In this document: positions 28,135 through 36,827 of the stretch, in pieces
How the letters are laid out: each line of letters starts with the position of its first letter
Position numbering within the stretch: the stretch's first letter is position 1
NCBI GenBank assembly: GCA_049513715.1
Contig: JBEKVV010000002.1
Span: 160,001 to 224,000, forward strand
Length of the DNA: 64,000 nt
Reading direction: 5' to 3'
Source of the DNA: Candidatus Bathyarchaeia archaeon
GTDB lineage: Archaea > Thermoproteota > Bathyarchaeia > 40CM-2-53-6
The notes under the pieces: model-generated
Database searches by the model: none
Told to the model about the DNA's origin: nothing
Seen by the model: only the letters and a program-made list of their open reading frames with translations
Translations under genes and position numbers: made by a program

Positions 28135-28554
28135 ATGCGAAACCAGCAGTTAATGGCACTTTTAAAAGACCAGCTCGACCACGAAGAGCAAGAAACCGAG
28201 GTCTACGCGCGCAAAATCCGAGAAACCAAGCACTCAGTCGCAAAACTAGTCTTCGCTAAGCTAATGAGAGATTCAATGCAACACGCTGACGTCTTGAACG
28301 GCGCAATCTTGTACTTGGCTAGGGATCAGTGGGAGGCACTGGCCCCCGTCAAAGAAACGCGCGAGGAGATGCTTCGGCTTATGGAAATGGGGGAGAAAGC
28401 CCTTAGACTATTCACATCAGCAACCACGCAGGTGAGTGATCCACATTTGAAGTCGCTGCTGACAATGCTCGCTTTGGACGAGGAGGAACACTACGGATTG
28501 CTCCGGTATGTGCTAGAGAATTTCGTTGAAAAGAAAGAGGCAGTAAAAGCATGA
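28135..28554 (+). CDS. Ferritin-like/rubrerythrin-like four-helix protein
   Basis: Two helical repeats with DSMQH and DEEEH motifs; overlaps the ferredoxin start (ATGA). Confidence 0.7.
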   Translation: MRNQQLMALLKDQLDHEEQETEVYARKIRETKHSVAKLVFAKLMRDSMQHADVLNGAILYLARDQWEALAPVKETREEMLRLMEMGEKALRLFTSATTQVSDPHLKSLLTMLALDEEEHYGLLRYVLENFVEKKEAVKA

Positions 28555-28799
28555 GTCAAACGACTGTTTTTCACCCACGAGCTAACGTCAAGATTCTAGA
28601 TGAAAGTTGCAAGGCTTGCGAGCTTTGCGTTGTAACGTGTCCGCAAGGCAACTTGAAGTTATCAACAAGACTGAACCACGCGGGCTTTCACCCCGCAGAA
28701 TTCACGTACCAAGGAACCAAAGGGCAATGCACGGGGTGCGCAATTTGCTACTGGGTTTGCCCAGATTTCGCGATCCATGAAGTACAGGTTGCTGTATGA
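28551..28799 (+). CDS. 2[4Fe-4S] ferredoxin, delta subunit of 2-oxoacid:ferredoxin oxidoreductase
   Basis: CKACELCVVTCP and CTGCAICYWVCPD. Confidence 0.92.
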   Translation: MSQTTVFHPRANVKILDESCKACELCVVTCPQGNLKLSTRLNHAGFHPAEFTYQGTKGQCTGCAICYWVCPDFAIHEVQVAV

Positions 28800-28800
28800 T

Positions 28801-29877
28801 ATGGCCAAAGAACGAGTCTATTTGAAAGGTAACGAGGCTCTAGCGTACGGTGCGTTGGAAGCAGGCCTGAACGCATACTTTGCTTACCCGATCACCCCGT
28901 CCAGCGAAATCCCAGAAACATTAGCAAAGGAATTCGGGAGCAAGAAATACCCAGAGTTCAAGTTCTTTCTTCAAGCCGCCAGCGAGCTTGAAGCGATAAA
29001 TATGGTCTTGGGAGCCGCCTCCGGTGGGGTGCTAACAATGACCGCCACATCAAGCCCCGGCTACAGCTTGAAACAGGAAGGCCTTTCCTACGCTGTGGGA
29101 ATGGAGTTGCCGTTCCTGATTACTGATATTTGCCGAGCTGGGCCAGGTTTGGGCAACCTCGGACCAGAGCAAAGTGATTACTTCCAAGCGACTAAGGGCG
29201 GTGGCCACGGCAACCATCGATTGTTCGTGTTGGCGCCAGCCTCTGTTCAAGAGATGGCCCTGTTTCCACGAATTGGATTTGACTTGGCGTTCAAGTACAG
29301 GAACCCCACACTGATTCTAGGTGACGCCTTCACAGGGCAATTGAAAGAAGACGTAGAGTTTCCAGACTTCAAACCCCCAGAATACGATGTTTCGTCATGG
29401 GCAACAACAGGAGCAGATGGGAGAGCGCCCCATATCTTGAACTCACTAGAACTCGACCTCCAGAAACACTACAAACACATTGAGAAGATCTTCGAGAAAT
29501 ACAAGCAAGCCGAAGCGAACGAGGTTCGATTTGAAGATTACATGACTGAAGATGCTGAGACGGTGATTGTGGCGTTTGGAATAGTGTCCCGCATCGCCAA
29601 AGGTGTCGTTAACAAGCTTCGAAAGAAGGGCGTCAAGGTTGGGTTGTTTAGGCCGATAACCCTTTGGCCGTTCCCGCATGTTGCCCTCCGGAAGCTCGCT
29701 TCGCAAGGTAAACGGTTCTTGGACGTAGAGTTGACAACGGGGCAGATGATTGAGGATGTGAAGCTCGCTGTGGGTGATGGTGTTACTGTGGATTTCTTGG
29801 GAAAATGGGGCGGCCTCGTTCCAACGGAAGCGGAGATTGAAAGTAAGATTCGGCGCTTGGAGGTGGTTGCAGCATGA
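28801..29877 (+). CDS. 2-oxoacid:ferredoxin oxidoreductase alpha subunit (Vor-type)
   Basis: KGNEALA, YPITPSSE, TSSPG.SLKQEG, QSDYFQATKGGGHG, RPITLWPFP. Confidence 0.93.
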   Translation: MAKERVYLKGNEALAYGALEAGLNAYFAYPITPSSEIPETLAKEFGSKKYPEFKFFLQAASELEAINMVLGAASGGVLTMTATSSPGYSLKQEGLSYAVGMELPFLITDICRAGPGLGNLGPEQSDYFQATKGGGHGNHRLFVLAPASVQEMALFPRIGFDLAFKYRNPTLILGDAFTGQLKEDVEFPDFKPPEYDVSSWATTGADGRAPHILNSLELDLQKHYKHIEKIFEKYKQAEANEVRFEDYMTEDAETVIVAFGIVSRIAKGVVNKLRKKGVKVGLFRPITLWPFPHVALRKLASQGKRFLDVELTTGQMIEDVKLAVGDGVTVDFLGKWGGLVPTEAEIESKIRRLEVVAA

Positions 29878-30674
29878 GCCAACTAACCCTCAAAGTAAAG
29901 GCAGGTAAGCTCGAATCACTGACAGACAACCCTACGCACTACTGCGCAGGATGCGAACACGGAACACTAACCCGACTCATCGCCTCAGCAATGAACGAGC
30001 TGGGAATACGAGAAAAAACCGTCATGATTGACTCGGTCGGCTGCAGCGTACTAGCCTACAACTACTTCAACTGCGACCACATAATCGCGGCCCACGGTAG
30101 GGCCCCCGCCGTCGCCACAGGCCTCAAACGCGTCCGACCCGATTTGATGGTCTATACGGTTCAGGGTGATGGAGACGCGGCCTCGATAGGCCTATTGGAA
30201 CTCATCTATGCGGCGAAGAGAAATACACCGATAACTGTCTTCATGGTCAACAACGCAATCTACGGAATGACAGGCGGCCAAATGGCCCCAACCACCCTCG
30301 AAGGGCAGATTACAACAACGACACCATACGGCCGGGACCCAGCACTAACTGGAACCGAGCTCGACGCCTCTAAGCTCGTAGCAGGTCTTGATGGACCTGC
30401 ATACGTAAAGCGCGCCAGCCTAGTTGTCACAGAGCTCTCAACGTCAAGAGGAAAAGTGTACACCATCAAGAACCTGTTGGACGCAAAGAAATCAGTGGTC
30501 AACGCATTCAAAGTACAACAGATGGGGGGCTTCGCCTTCGTGGAATTCCTGAGCACTTGTTCAGTAAACTGGAAGATGTCGGTCCTGGACTCGAAGCGGT
30601 ACGTGCAGGAGCACCTCATGAAGAAGTATCCGTTGGGTCTTTACAAGGACACTTTTGGAGTTGAGAAACAATGA
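29874..30674 (+). CDS. 2-oxoacid:ferredoxin oxidoreductase beta subunit (TPP-binding)
   Basis: HYCAGCEHG, VGCSV, HGRAPAVATG, QGDGD, NNAIYGMTGGQMAPTT. Confidence 0.93.
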   Translation: MSQLTLKVKAGKLESLTDNPTHYCAGCEHGTLTRLIASAMNELGIREKTVMIDSVGCSVLAYNYFNCDHIIAAHGRAPAVATGLKRVRPDLMVYTVQGDGDAASIGLLELIYAAKRNTPITVFMVNNAIYGMTGGQMAPTTLEGQITTTTPYGRDPALTGTELDASKLVAGLDGPAYVKRASLVVTELSTSRGKVYTIKNLLDAKKSVVNAFKVQQMGGFAFVEFLSTCSVNWKMSVLDSKRYVQEHLMKKYPLGLYKDTFGVEKQ

Positions 30675-31306
30675 GCAAGACTATGCTTCTGATCGCAGGC
30701 CACGGCGGACAGGGAGTGATGTTGCTTGGCGACTACATCGCATACGCCGCCATGCTCGAAGGAAAACACGTAGCATACACGCCATCATACGGCCCCGAAA
30801 CGAGAGGGGGCAAAGCAAAGTGCTACGTCATAATCTCTGAAGAGGAAGTGGACAACCCAATAGCCGAGGAACCAGACATCGAACTCATCATGAACGAACC
30901 ATCCATGGACTTCCTGAACTACCTTCGCAAGGACGGGATGATCGTATACAACACTTCCCTGGTAAGCACAGGTGTTGACCGAGATGACGTCAAGAAACTG
31001 GGTATTCCAGTCACAGAGATCGCTGAGGCCCTTAAGAAGGAATTGCCCTCTGAGGAGGTTCATGATACGAAGATGTTCGCTAACTCGGTGATGTTCGGTG
31101 CATTCATGGAGCTCTGCGCCCCCCAAATCAGCGACGACCGAATCAAGGAATCCCTCAAACACTTCCTAGCAGGCAAAAAAGAGAGCTTGCTTCCAATTAA
31201 CCACTTAGCGATCATGAAAGGAAAGGAGTACGTTCGCGCACACCCAGTACCTGAAGTGAAGTCTGAGTGGCCGTTTCACTGCGTTCCTAGCTGGGCAGCG
31301 CAGTAG
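30671..31306 (+). CDS. 2-oxoacid:ferredoxin oxidoreductase gamma subunit
   Basis: AGHGGQGV, PSYGPETRGG, NSVMFGA. Confidence 0.93.
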   Translation: MSKTMLLIAGHGGQGVMLLGDYIAYAAMLEGKHVAYTPSYGPETRGGKAKCYVIISEEEVDNPIAEEPDIELIMNEPSMDFLNYLRKDGMIVYNTSLVSTGVDRDDVKKLGIPVTEIAEALKKELPSEEVHDTKMFANSVMFGAFMELCAPQISDDRIKESLKHFLAGKKESLLPINHLAIMKGKEYVRAHPVPEVKSEWPFHCVPSWAAQ

Positions 31307-31315
31307 TAAATTGAT

Positions 31316-31816
31316 TCAACCGCACCAGTAGTGCAGAACGCCCAGTCTGTTCCCTACAACTTCATCATCCTTCTTGTCGATGCAATCGGGGCACAAGTAA
31401 CTATGGCCGGTTCTTGCGAGGCCAAGGTCTTCATCGTGTTTGCTGGTCCAAAACAGTTTGCCGCACCGAATGCACTCATGCCTGGTCGTTTCAATTTTCG
31501 TTCCTAGCTCGCATGCTTTTCTCTCTGCAATCTGCTCTGCGAGAGCTCGATTGACGCCTAGAGCTAGGCATTGCTTTGGTTCATCTGAAGGGAATCCCAT
31601 GTCACTGATGAGAACAGTGTCGTCCTGGTTCAGCCAGACGTCAAATCGCCCGTGCAGCTCACAACGCCCGTCCTCATTCCGCGCCGAAGAGCCATTCAGC
31701 CCAAGTATGCAACAGCCTCCAAGGACACTGCATCCTCCGCCCTGAACGAAATTAAGGCACATTGCATGCATCTTCTCCGAACTGGGCCTTCGGCTTTGGA
31801 ATCTTGGTCTGCTCAT
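31316..31816 (-). CDS. Cys-rich hypothetical protein (putative metal-binding)
   Basis: CIRC...CPDC pair plus an N-terminal Cys cluster; fills the gap between vor and the aminotransferase; start uncertain. Confidence 0.55.
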   Translation of the reverse strand: MSRPRFQSRRPSSEKMHAMCLNFVQGGGCSVLGGCCILGLNGSSARNEDGRCELHGRFDVWLNQDDTVLISDMGFPSDEPKQCLALGVNRALAEQIAERKACELGTKIETTRHECIRCGKLFWTSKHDEDLGLARTGHSYLCPDCIDKKDDEVVGNRLGVLHYWCG

Positions 31817-31999
31817 TGCTACAAAGGTTTCGCGGTGGATTACTCACCCTGGATGATAGGCAGGTTGCGCTATGTACTACGAAACTCGGCTCGGTATTAC
31901 GTTATGTGCGAGGGCATGGCCCGTCACAAAATGGTATTTACACTAAATTGGAAATATTATAGCCGTTGCAATGGAATCGGGCCTCAGGAAGCAGGAAAG

Positions 32000-33223
32000 T
32001 TGGTAACGCTATCTGACCGTGTTACCTCGCTCCATATCTCACCCATCCGCAAGGTCGCAGCCCTCGTCGCAGAAGCAACAACAAGAAAGGAACTGATCTC
32101 CTTCGGAGGCGGCGCACCTAGTCTACCACCACCAAAGGAGGTTTCCGAAGAAATCGCAAAACGAATGACACAAGATCCGCAAGGGACCTGCGTGTACACG
32201 GGAACCCGAGGCTACTTGAAGCTGAGAAAACTCGTCGCAGACGACTGGGTTAAGCATCAGGGTGAAGTGTACGACCCGGAGAAAGAGGTGATCATGACGG
32301 ATGGTGCAACTGAAGGGATCTTCAGCGCCTTCATGTCGATCTTCAATAAGAACGACGAAATCATCGTGACAGACCCCACATACCTCGGCTACATTGAAGC
32401 CGCTCAACTGGCCGGGGCTAGAGTGACCAAGTTCTCGGTTGACGTAGCGGACGGTTACCAGCCAAACCTCGAAGCCCTAAAGTCCCTCATAACCAGGCGA
32501 ACAAAAGCCATAATCCTACTCAGCCCCGACAACCCCACAGGAAGGATAGTGCATTCGGATTTCGCGAAAGGCCTAATTGACCTCGCCGTCGACCATGAGT
32601 TCTGGATTGTCAACGATGCCACTTACCGTGACATAATTTACGGCAGTGACATTCAACCCAAGATTACGTCTCTGCCTGCGGCCCATGAGAGAGTAATATC
32701 GGTGGGAAGTTTTTCGAAGGAAGCCTCCGTTCCCGGATTGAGATTAGGTTACGCTCTTGGGCCTGCGGAGGTTGTTGATGGTATGGAGAAGGTGAAACAG
32801 TACACGAGCCTAGCTCCTAACACAATCGCCCAACATGCAATGGTAAGGTTCCTGTCTGGAGGGGTCAAGGAAAGCTACTTGCGCGACTTCGTCATACCAA
32901 CTTACCAGAAGCGCAGGGACTTCATGGAGAAAGCCATCAAGGAATACCTGCCCGAGGCCAAGACAGTAAGGCCTGATGGGGCCTTCTACTTCTTTCTCGA
33001 TGTCAAGCGATACTTGGCTGTTATGAACCGGGACGAACAGGAGTTCTGCAATCGCCTATTATATCATAAAGGCGTGATCGCCGTGCCGGGGTCGTATTTC
33101 GGGGAGAAAGGGGCGGGCCATGTGAGGCTTACATTCGTGAGCGAACCTGAACAACGAATTCAGCAGGGAATGAGACGGATGGGAGAGTACGTGTTTTCGT
33201 TTGCTTTCACCATGGCTGCCTAG
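32000..33223 (+). CDS. Class I/II PLP-dependent aminotransferase
   Basis: SFGGGAP, SPDNPTG, DATYRD, GSFSK..PGLRLG, VPGSYFG; TTG at 32000 preferred over the track's 31652. Confidence 0.93.
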   Translation: MVTLSDRVTSLHISPIRKVAALVAEATTRKELISFGGGAPSLPPPKEVSEEIAKRMTQDPQGTCVYTGTRGYLKLRKLVADDWVKHQGEVYDPEKEVIMTDGATEGIFSAFMSIFNKNDEIIVTDPTYLGYIEAAQLAGARVTKFSVDVADGYQPNLEALKSLITRRTKAIILLSPDNPTGRIVHSDFAKGLIDLAVDHEFWIVNDATYRDIIYGSDIQPKITSLPAAHERVISVGSFSKEASVPGLRLGYALGPAEVVDGMEKVKQYTSLAPNTIAQHAMVRFLSGGVKESYLRDFVIPTYQKRRDFMEKAIKEYLPEAKTVRPDGAFYFFLDVKRYLAVMNRDEQEFCNRLLYHKGVIAVPGSYFGEKGAGHVRLTFVSEPEQRIQQGMRRMGEYVFSFAFTMAA

Positions 33224-33242
33224 CCTGAATAAGAGTAAAGCC

Positions 33243-33329
33243 GTCTAAACTGCACTATATGGTACATAGTTACATGTATAGAGAAAAAAACGTAAAAAAT
33301 CTCTATACGAAAAGTATGTTAGTTTAGAC
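33243..33329. promoter_or_regulatory. AT-rich nested inverted repeats upstream of AbrB-PhoU paralog 2
   Basis: gtctaaact (33243-51) / agtttagac (33321-29) enclosing gtatagaga (33276-84) / tctctatac (33300-08). Confidence 0.5.
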
Positions 33330-33392
33330 TCTGGGAAACAGTACGGAAGTCTATATTCTAGTCGTTACCTTATATTCGATTCGTGCACGTGG

Positions 33393-34457
33393 TTGGAAGC
33401 TAGAAAAGTTCAGAGGGTTGGATACTCAACCCTGACCGTGTCCCTGCCAAGGGATTGGGTCGAGGATGTTAAACTGAAAGCCGGCGACATTGTCTCAATC
33501 AAACGGGAAGATGACGGGACCCTAAAACTGATCCCAGGAACGGAGCATAAGCGGGACGAGGTCAAGAACTGCATCGTCAATGCGGACATGTGTAACTCCG
33601 ATCACCTTCTCACCCGAGTCATAACCGCCAATTACATTCTCGGGCACGACACAATTCAAGTCCTCGCCAAGGACGAATTGAAGAAACATCATCTGGAAGA
33701 AGTGCGAACGACGACGCAACGTTTGACGGGGTTAAGCATTGTCGAGCAAACCCTCAAATCGGTGACCCTTCAGAGTTTTGTTGACCCGACTCGTTTTCCG
33801 ATTTATGGACTCATGCGCCGCCTACACATTATCATCACATCCATGCTAGATGCGTCAATGAAGGCATTACTTGAGAGGCGTCCTGAACTTGCCGGCGAAG
33901 TCGCTCATATGGAGGAGGAGTCTGATAGGATTTATTGGTTGATTGTTCGGCAGCTACTTCTCGCAATACGCGACCGCAGCGTAGGATCTAAGATTGGCAT
34001 CGAATCGCCAATCCACATACCCGGTAACAGGGTCGTGGCGAAGACGCTGGAGGAGATGGCGGATTCAGCCGAGAGCATTGCTAACGAGGTCTTGGTACTG
34101 AAGGACAAGGAAATTGTGAGCGAGGCCATTATACATGATGTTACAAGGTTCTGTGCGCAGGTCGTCAAGATTTCTGAACAGAGCATGAAAGCGCTACTAA
34201 CCTCGGACATTATTCTTTCGAACGAGGCTGTTGAGTTGGTGGAGACTGCGGAGAACGATGAAAGGAAACTCACGCAGAAGATTCTCACTTTGAAGGATGT
34301 TGGCGTGGCCACCAGCTTACGAATAATAGTCTGGAACCTCGGCCAGATCAGCAAGTACTGCAGAATAATCGGTGAGATCACTATAAACAGGATAATGGAG
34401 AGGCCCTCACAAATCTGCGAATACCTCCCAATCCCAGAAGGCAGAGCAGCAAGCTAG
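33393..34457 (+). CDS. AbrB/SpoVT-PhoU fusion regulator, paralog 2
   Basis: RKVQRVGYSTLTVSLPRDWV, EEESDRIYWL, LEEMAD; clear paralog of 23179-24273. Confidence 0.88.
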   Translation: MEARKVQRVGYSTLTVSLPRDWVEDVKLKAGDIVSIKREDDGTLKLIPGTEHKRDEVKNCIVNADMCNSDHLLTRVITANYILGHDTIQVLAKDELKKHHLEEVRTTTQRLTGLSIVEQTLKSVTLQSFVDPTRFPIYGLMRRLHIIITSMLDASMKALLERRPELAGEVAHMEEESDRIYWLIVRQLLLAIRDRSVGSKIGIESPIHIPGNRVVAKTLEEMADSAESIANEVLVLKDKEIVSEAIIHDVTRFCAQVVKISEQSMKALLTSDIILSNEAVELVETAENDERKLTQKILTLKDVGVATSLRIIVWNLGQISKYCRIIGEITINRIMERPSQICEYLPIPEGRAAS

Positions 34458-34498
34458 CCACGTACAGACGCGCCTAACAGAGAAGTAAGAGCCTACTA

Positions 34499-34918
34499 CT
34501 ACTCGCGTGGCAGAATTTTACCAATCATGATGAGGTCTGCGTGGACCTCGTAGCCAACCGCCTTGAAGAACTCGATTGACTTAGTGTTCGACTTGTAGAT
34601 CTGCGCATTCACTTTCTTTGCTCCTTTCTTCTTCAGCCGTATCTCCAGTTCTGCAATCAGGAGCTTGCCGATTCCTTTTCGTTGATGTTCGGGTTTTACG
34701 GCTAGGTGGTTGATCCAGCCGCGGCGGCCGTCCCAAGCACCCATAACAACTCCTATGATCTCCTCATGATCTGTCGCCACAATGAATAAGTCAGGGTCGC
34801 GCCGAAGTTTCAGCTCGACTCCTTCTAGTTCGTCGCCGGGCCTGATGATTAGCCCAGCATTTTTCCACAGTCGGGTCACCCTCTCGTGGTCACTGATCTT
34901 GAATTCTCGGATACGCAT
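34499..34918 (-). CDS. GNAT acetyltransferase
   Basis: GAWDGRRGWINHLAV.PEHQRKGIG acetyl-CoA motif. Confidence 0.9.
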   Translation of the reverse strand: MRIREFKISDHERVTRLWKNAGLIIRPGDELEGVELKLRRDPDLFIVATDHEEIIGVVMGAWDGRRGWINHLAVKPEHQRKGIGKLLIAELEIRLKKKGAKKVNAQIYKSNTKSIEFFKAVGYEVHADLIMIGKILPRE

Positions 34919-35037
34919 TGCAGGAACGCCCTTTGTTACGGCATAAGGGAAAAGCAGAAAGATGGACGTTTCGGCACAGATTCTCGAAGAGGGGTTTGGA
35001 GCTTCCTAGAGCGCCCCGGTCAAAGAGGCGTGAATGT

Positions 35038-35178
35038 TGGCGCCGCCGGCAGGGTTCGAACCTGCGACCAACGGGTCACTGTGTTCTGGCAGCTTAACAG
35101 CTTCAGCCCCCACTGGCTTGGTAGGGTCCGCTGCTCTAACCACTGAGCTGGCGTCTACGCGGTTGCGTATACGGCGGC
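35038..35178 (-). tRNA. tRNA-Asn(GTT) with three introns (8/9, 30/31, 37/38) and encoded CCA
   Basis: Exons 35178-35171, 35149-35128, 35101-35095 and 35076-35038 join to GCCGCCGTAGCTCAGTGGTTAGAGCAGCGGGCTGTTAACCCGTTGGTCGCAGGTTCGAACCCTGCCGGCGGCGCCA (76 nt, full cloverleaf). Confidence 0.9.
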
Positions 35179-35220
35179 TCGTGCCTTTCGGCGGCGTTCG
35201 AGCCATTTCCCTTTCAGCGC

Positions 35221-35228
35221 TTTATTAA
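35221..35228 (-). promoter_or_regulatory. Putative TATA box for tRNA-Asn
   Basis: TTAATAAA on the minus strand about 43 nt upstream of the mature 5' end. Confidence 0.45.
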
Positions 35229-35261
35229 TGATTGGTCAACTTCCCGAATCAAACATTCCGT

Positions 35262-35471
35262 TCATTCCTTCTTTTGGGCAGCTCCACAGAAAGCACACTT
35301 GCGAACGCCCTCGGGAATCAGCGAACTGCATGACTTGCAATTTACAAGCTTCTCAAGCTCAATAAATGGCTCCGCTGAGCTCAACTGTCTGCTCCTCCTG
35401 AGCCAGAGAGACAGAAGGATTAGAACCAGCACAGCGGCAGCCGCAGTGACTGCAACAATCGTCTCGTCCAT
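35262..35471 (-). CDS. Small membrane-anchored zinc-ribbon protein
   Basis: ATG at 35471; one TM helix, then CKSC...CAFCG. Confidence 0.65.
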   Translation of the reverse strand: MDETIVAVTAAAAVLVLILLSLWLRRSRQLSSAEPFIELEKLVNCKSCSSLIPEGVRKCAFCGAAQKKE

Positions 35472-35552
35472 GAAGGCCACCAGTGAAGGTTGAATTGTAG
35501 GTCTACATATCTCTTGCAAACGCAAGAACGAAGCAGGCCTGAGTGGAAACTG

Positions 35553-36818
35553 ATGGGTCATCTTGAAACCGAGGGCTTCCAAAGGGTAAGCACCGTCGAC
35601 GAGGGACTCCGAGTCTTCCTTGATGCAGTGGGCAACCCAAGAATTAGGGTCGAGACTGTTGCACTGGCTCGAGCTATTGGGCGGGTTCTGGGTGAAGATG
35701 TTATCTCAGACCGGTATCTGCCTGGAGTCGATCGCTCAGTTGTCGACGGATACGCGGTGCGTTCAGCGGACCTTCAAAACACTTCGAAGGAAAAACCCGC
35801 TACACTGAAGGTAGTCGGTGAAAGCCGACTCGGCAAGCCATGCAAACTCGCCTTGATTTCGGGAGAGGCTGTAGCGATGGCTACGGGCAGCATGATGCCA
35901 TCTGGGGCCGACTCAGTTGTCATGGTCGAAGAAACCACTGCCTTGCCAGATCACCGAATAAAAGTTCGGGCTTCCGCATTGCCAGGTCAGCATATTTCCC
36001 GGAAAGGCGAAGACGCCGAACCAGGAAAGCAAATCCTACGGAAAGGTAGGCGCCTTCGGCCACAGGACATCGGCATCATGAAGGCTTTAGGCCACACAAA
36101 ATCGCGGGTTGCGAAGAAACCGAGAATCGGCATCATCTCGACCGGTGATGAGCTGGTAGACTCCCCTGCCAGGTTGAGACTGGGAAAGATAGTGGATCTG
36201 AATCGTCCCATCCTTTCAGGCCTCGCTGAAGAATTGGGGGCTGTGCCAGTTGACATAGGAATTGCAAAGGACAACGAAGGAGAAATCATGAATGCTCTTC
36301 GGAGGGCGTTGAAGGTTTCTGATGCGGTCTTGATCAGCGCTGGGTCGTCGGTAGGGAAGAGGGATTTGATCCCGAAATGCATCAATCAGCTCGGAAAGCC
36401 GGGAATCCTCATCCACGGGGTGGCAATGCGTCCAGCTCTGCCAACAGGCCTTGCAGTAGTCAAAGGCAAGCCCGTAGTATCGCTGCCAGGCTTCCCAGTG
36501 TCAGCAATGATCGCCTTCCGCGCCTTCTGCCGACCACTAATCGAACGGCTCTCTGGAGGTCAAATGCAGAATGAGCTCACTGTCAAAGCCGTACTGAAAG
36601 GTTCGATTAACGGAATCCAGGGCAACAGAACCTACGTCAGGGTCTCGCTCAGTCATTCACCGGACGGGCTACTGGCAGAGCCATTGAAGATCCAACGCTC
36701 TTCAGCGTTAATGAGTATGGTCGACGCGAACGGAATCGTCACAATCCCAGAAGGCGTTGCCTCAGTTGAGGCAGGGCAGGTGGTTGATGTGGCAGTAATT
36801 GGGGAAATACAAATGTAG
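35553..36818 (+). CDS. moeA: Molybdopterin molybdotransferase MoeA
   Basis: GRVLGED, DRSVVDGYAV, TGSMMPSGADSVVMVE, STGDEL, LPGFPVSA; ATG at 35553. Confidence 0.95.
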   Translation: MGHLETEGFQRVSTVDEGLRVFLDAVGNPRIRVETVALARAIGRVLGEDVISDRYLPGVDRSVVDGYAVRSADLQNTSKEKPATLKVVGESRLGKPCKLALISGEAVAMATGSMMPSGADSVVMVEETTALPDHRIKVRASALPGQHISRKGEDAEPGKQILRKGRRLRPQDIGIMKALGHTKSRVAKKPRIGIISTGDELVDSPARLRLGKIVDLNRPILSGLAEELGAVPVDIGIAKDNEGEIMNALRRALKVSDAVLISAGSSVGKRDLIPKCINQLGKPGILIHGVAMRPALPTGLAVVKGKPVVSLPGFPVSAMIAFRAFCRPLIERLSGGQMQNELTVKAVLKGSINGIQGNRTYVRVSLSHSPDGLLAEPLKIQRSSALMSMVDANGIVTIPEGVASVEAGQVVDVAVIGEIQM

Positions 36819-36827
36819 AAAAGCAGA

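Noticed and set aside
31652..31999. 116-aa N-terminal extension of the aminotransferase in the ORF track
   Set aside because: Overlaps the opposite-strand gene and an AT-rich promoter-like region; family similarity starts at TTG 32000
35038..35080. tRNA 3' end as an integration (att) site
   Set aside because: No duplicate of the tRNA 3' end and no integrase seen in the window
35179..35195. Possible fourth tRNA intron between the two GCCGCCG copies
   Set aside because: No bulge-helix-bulge could be built at the registers tried; kept only as a leader observation
34886..35228. Short ORFs over the tRNA region
   Set aside because: Explained by the intron-containing tRNA-Asn gene
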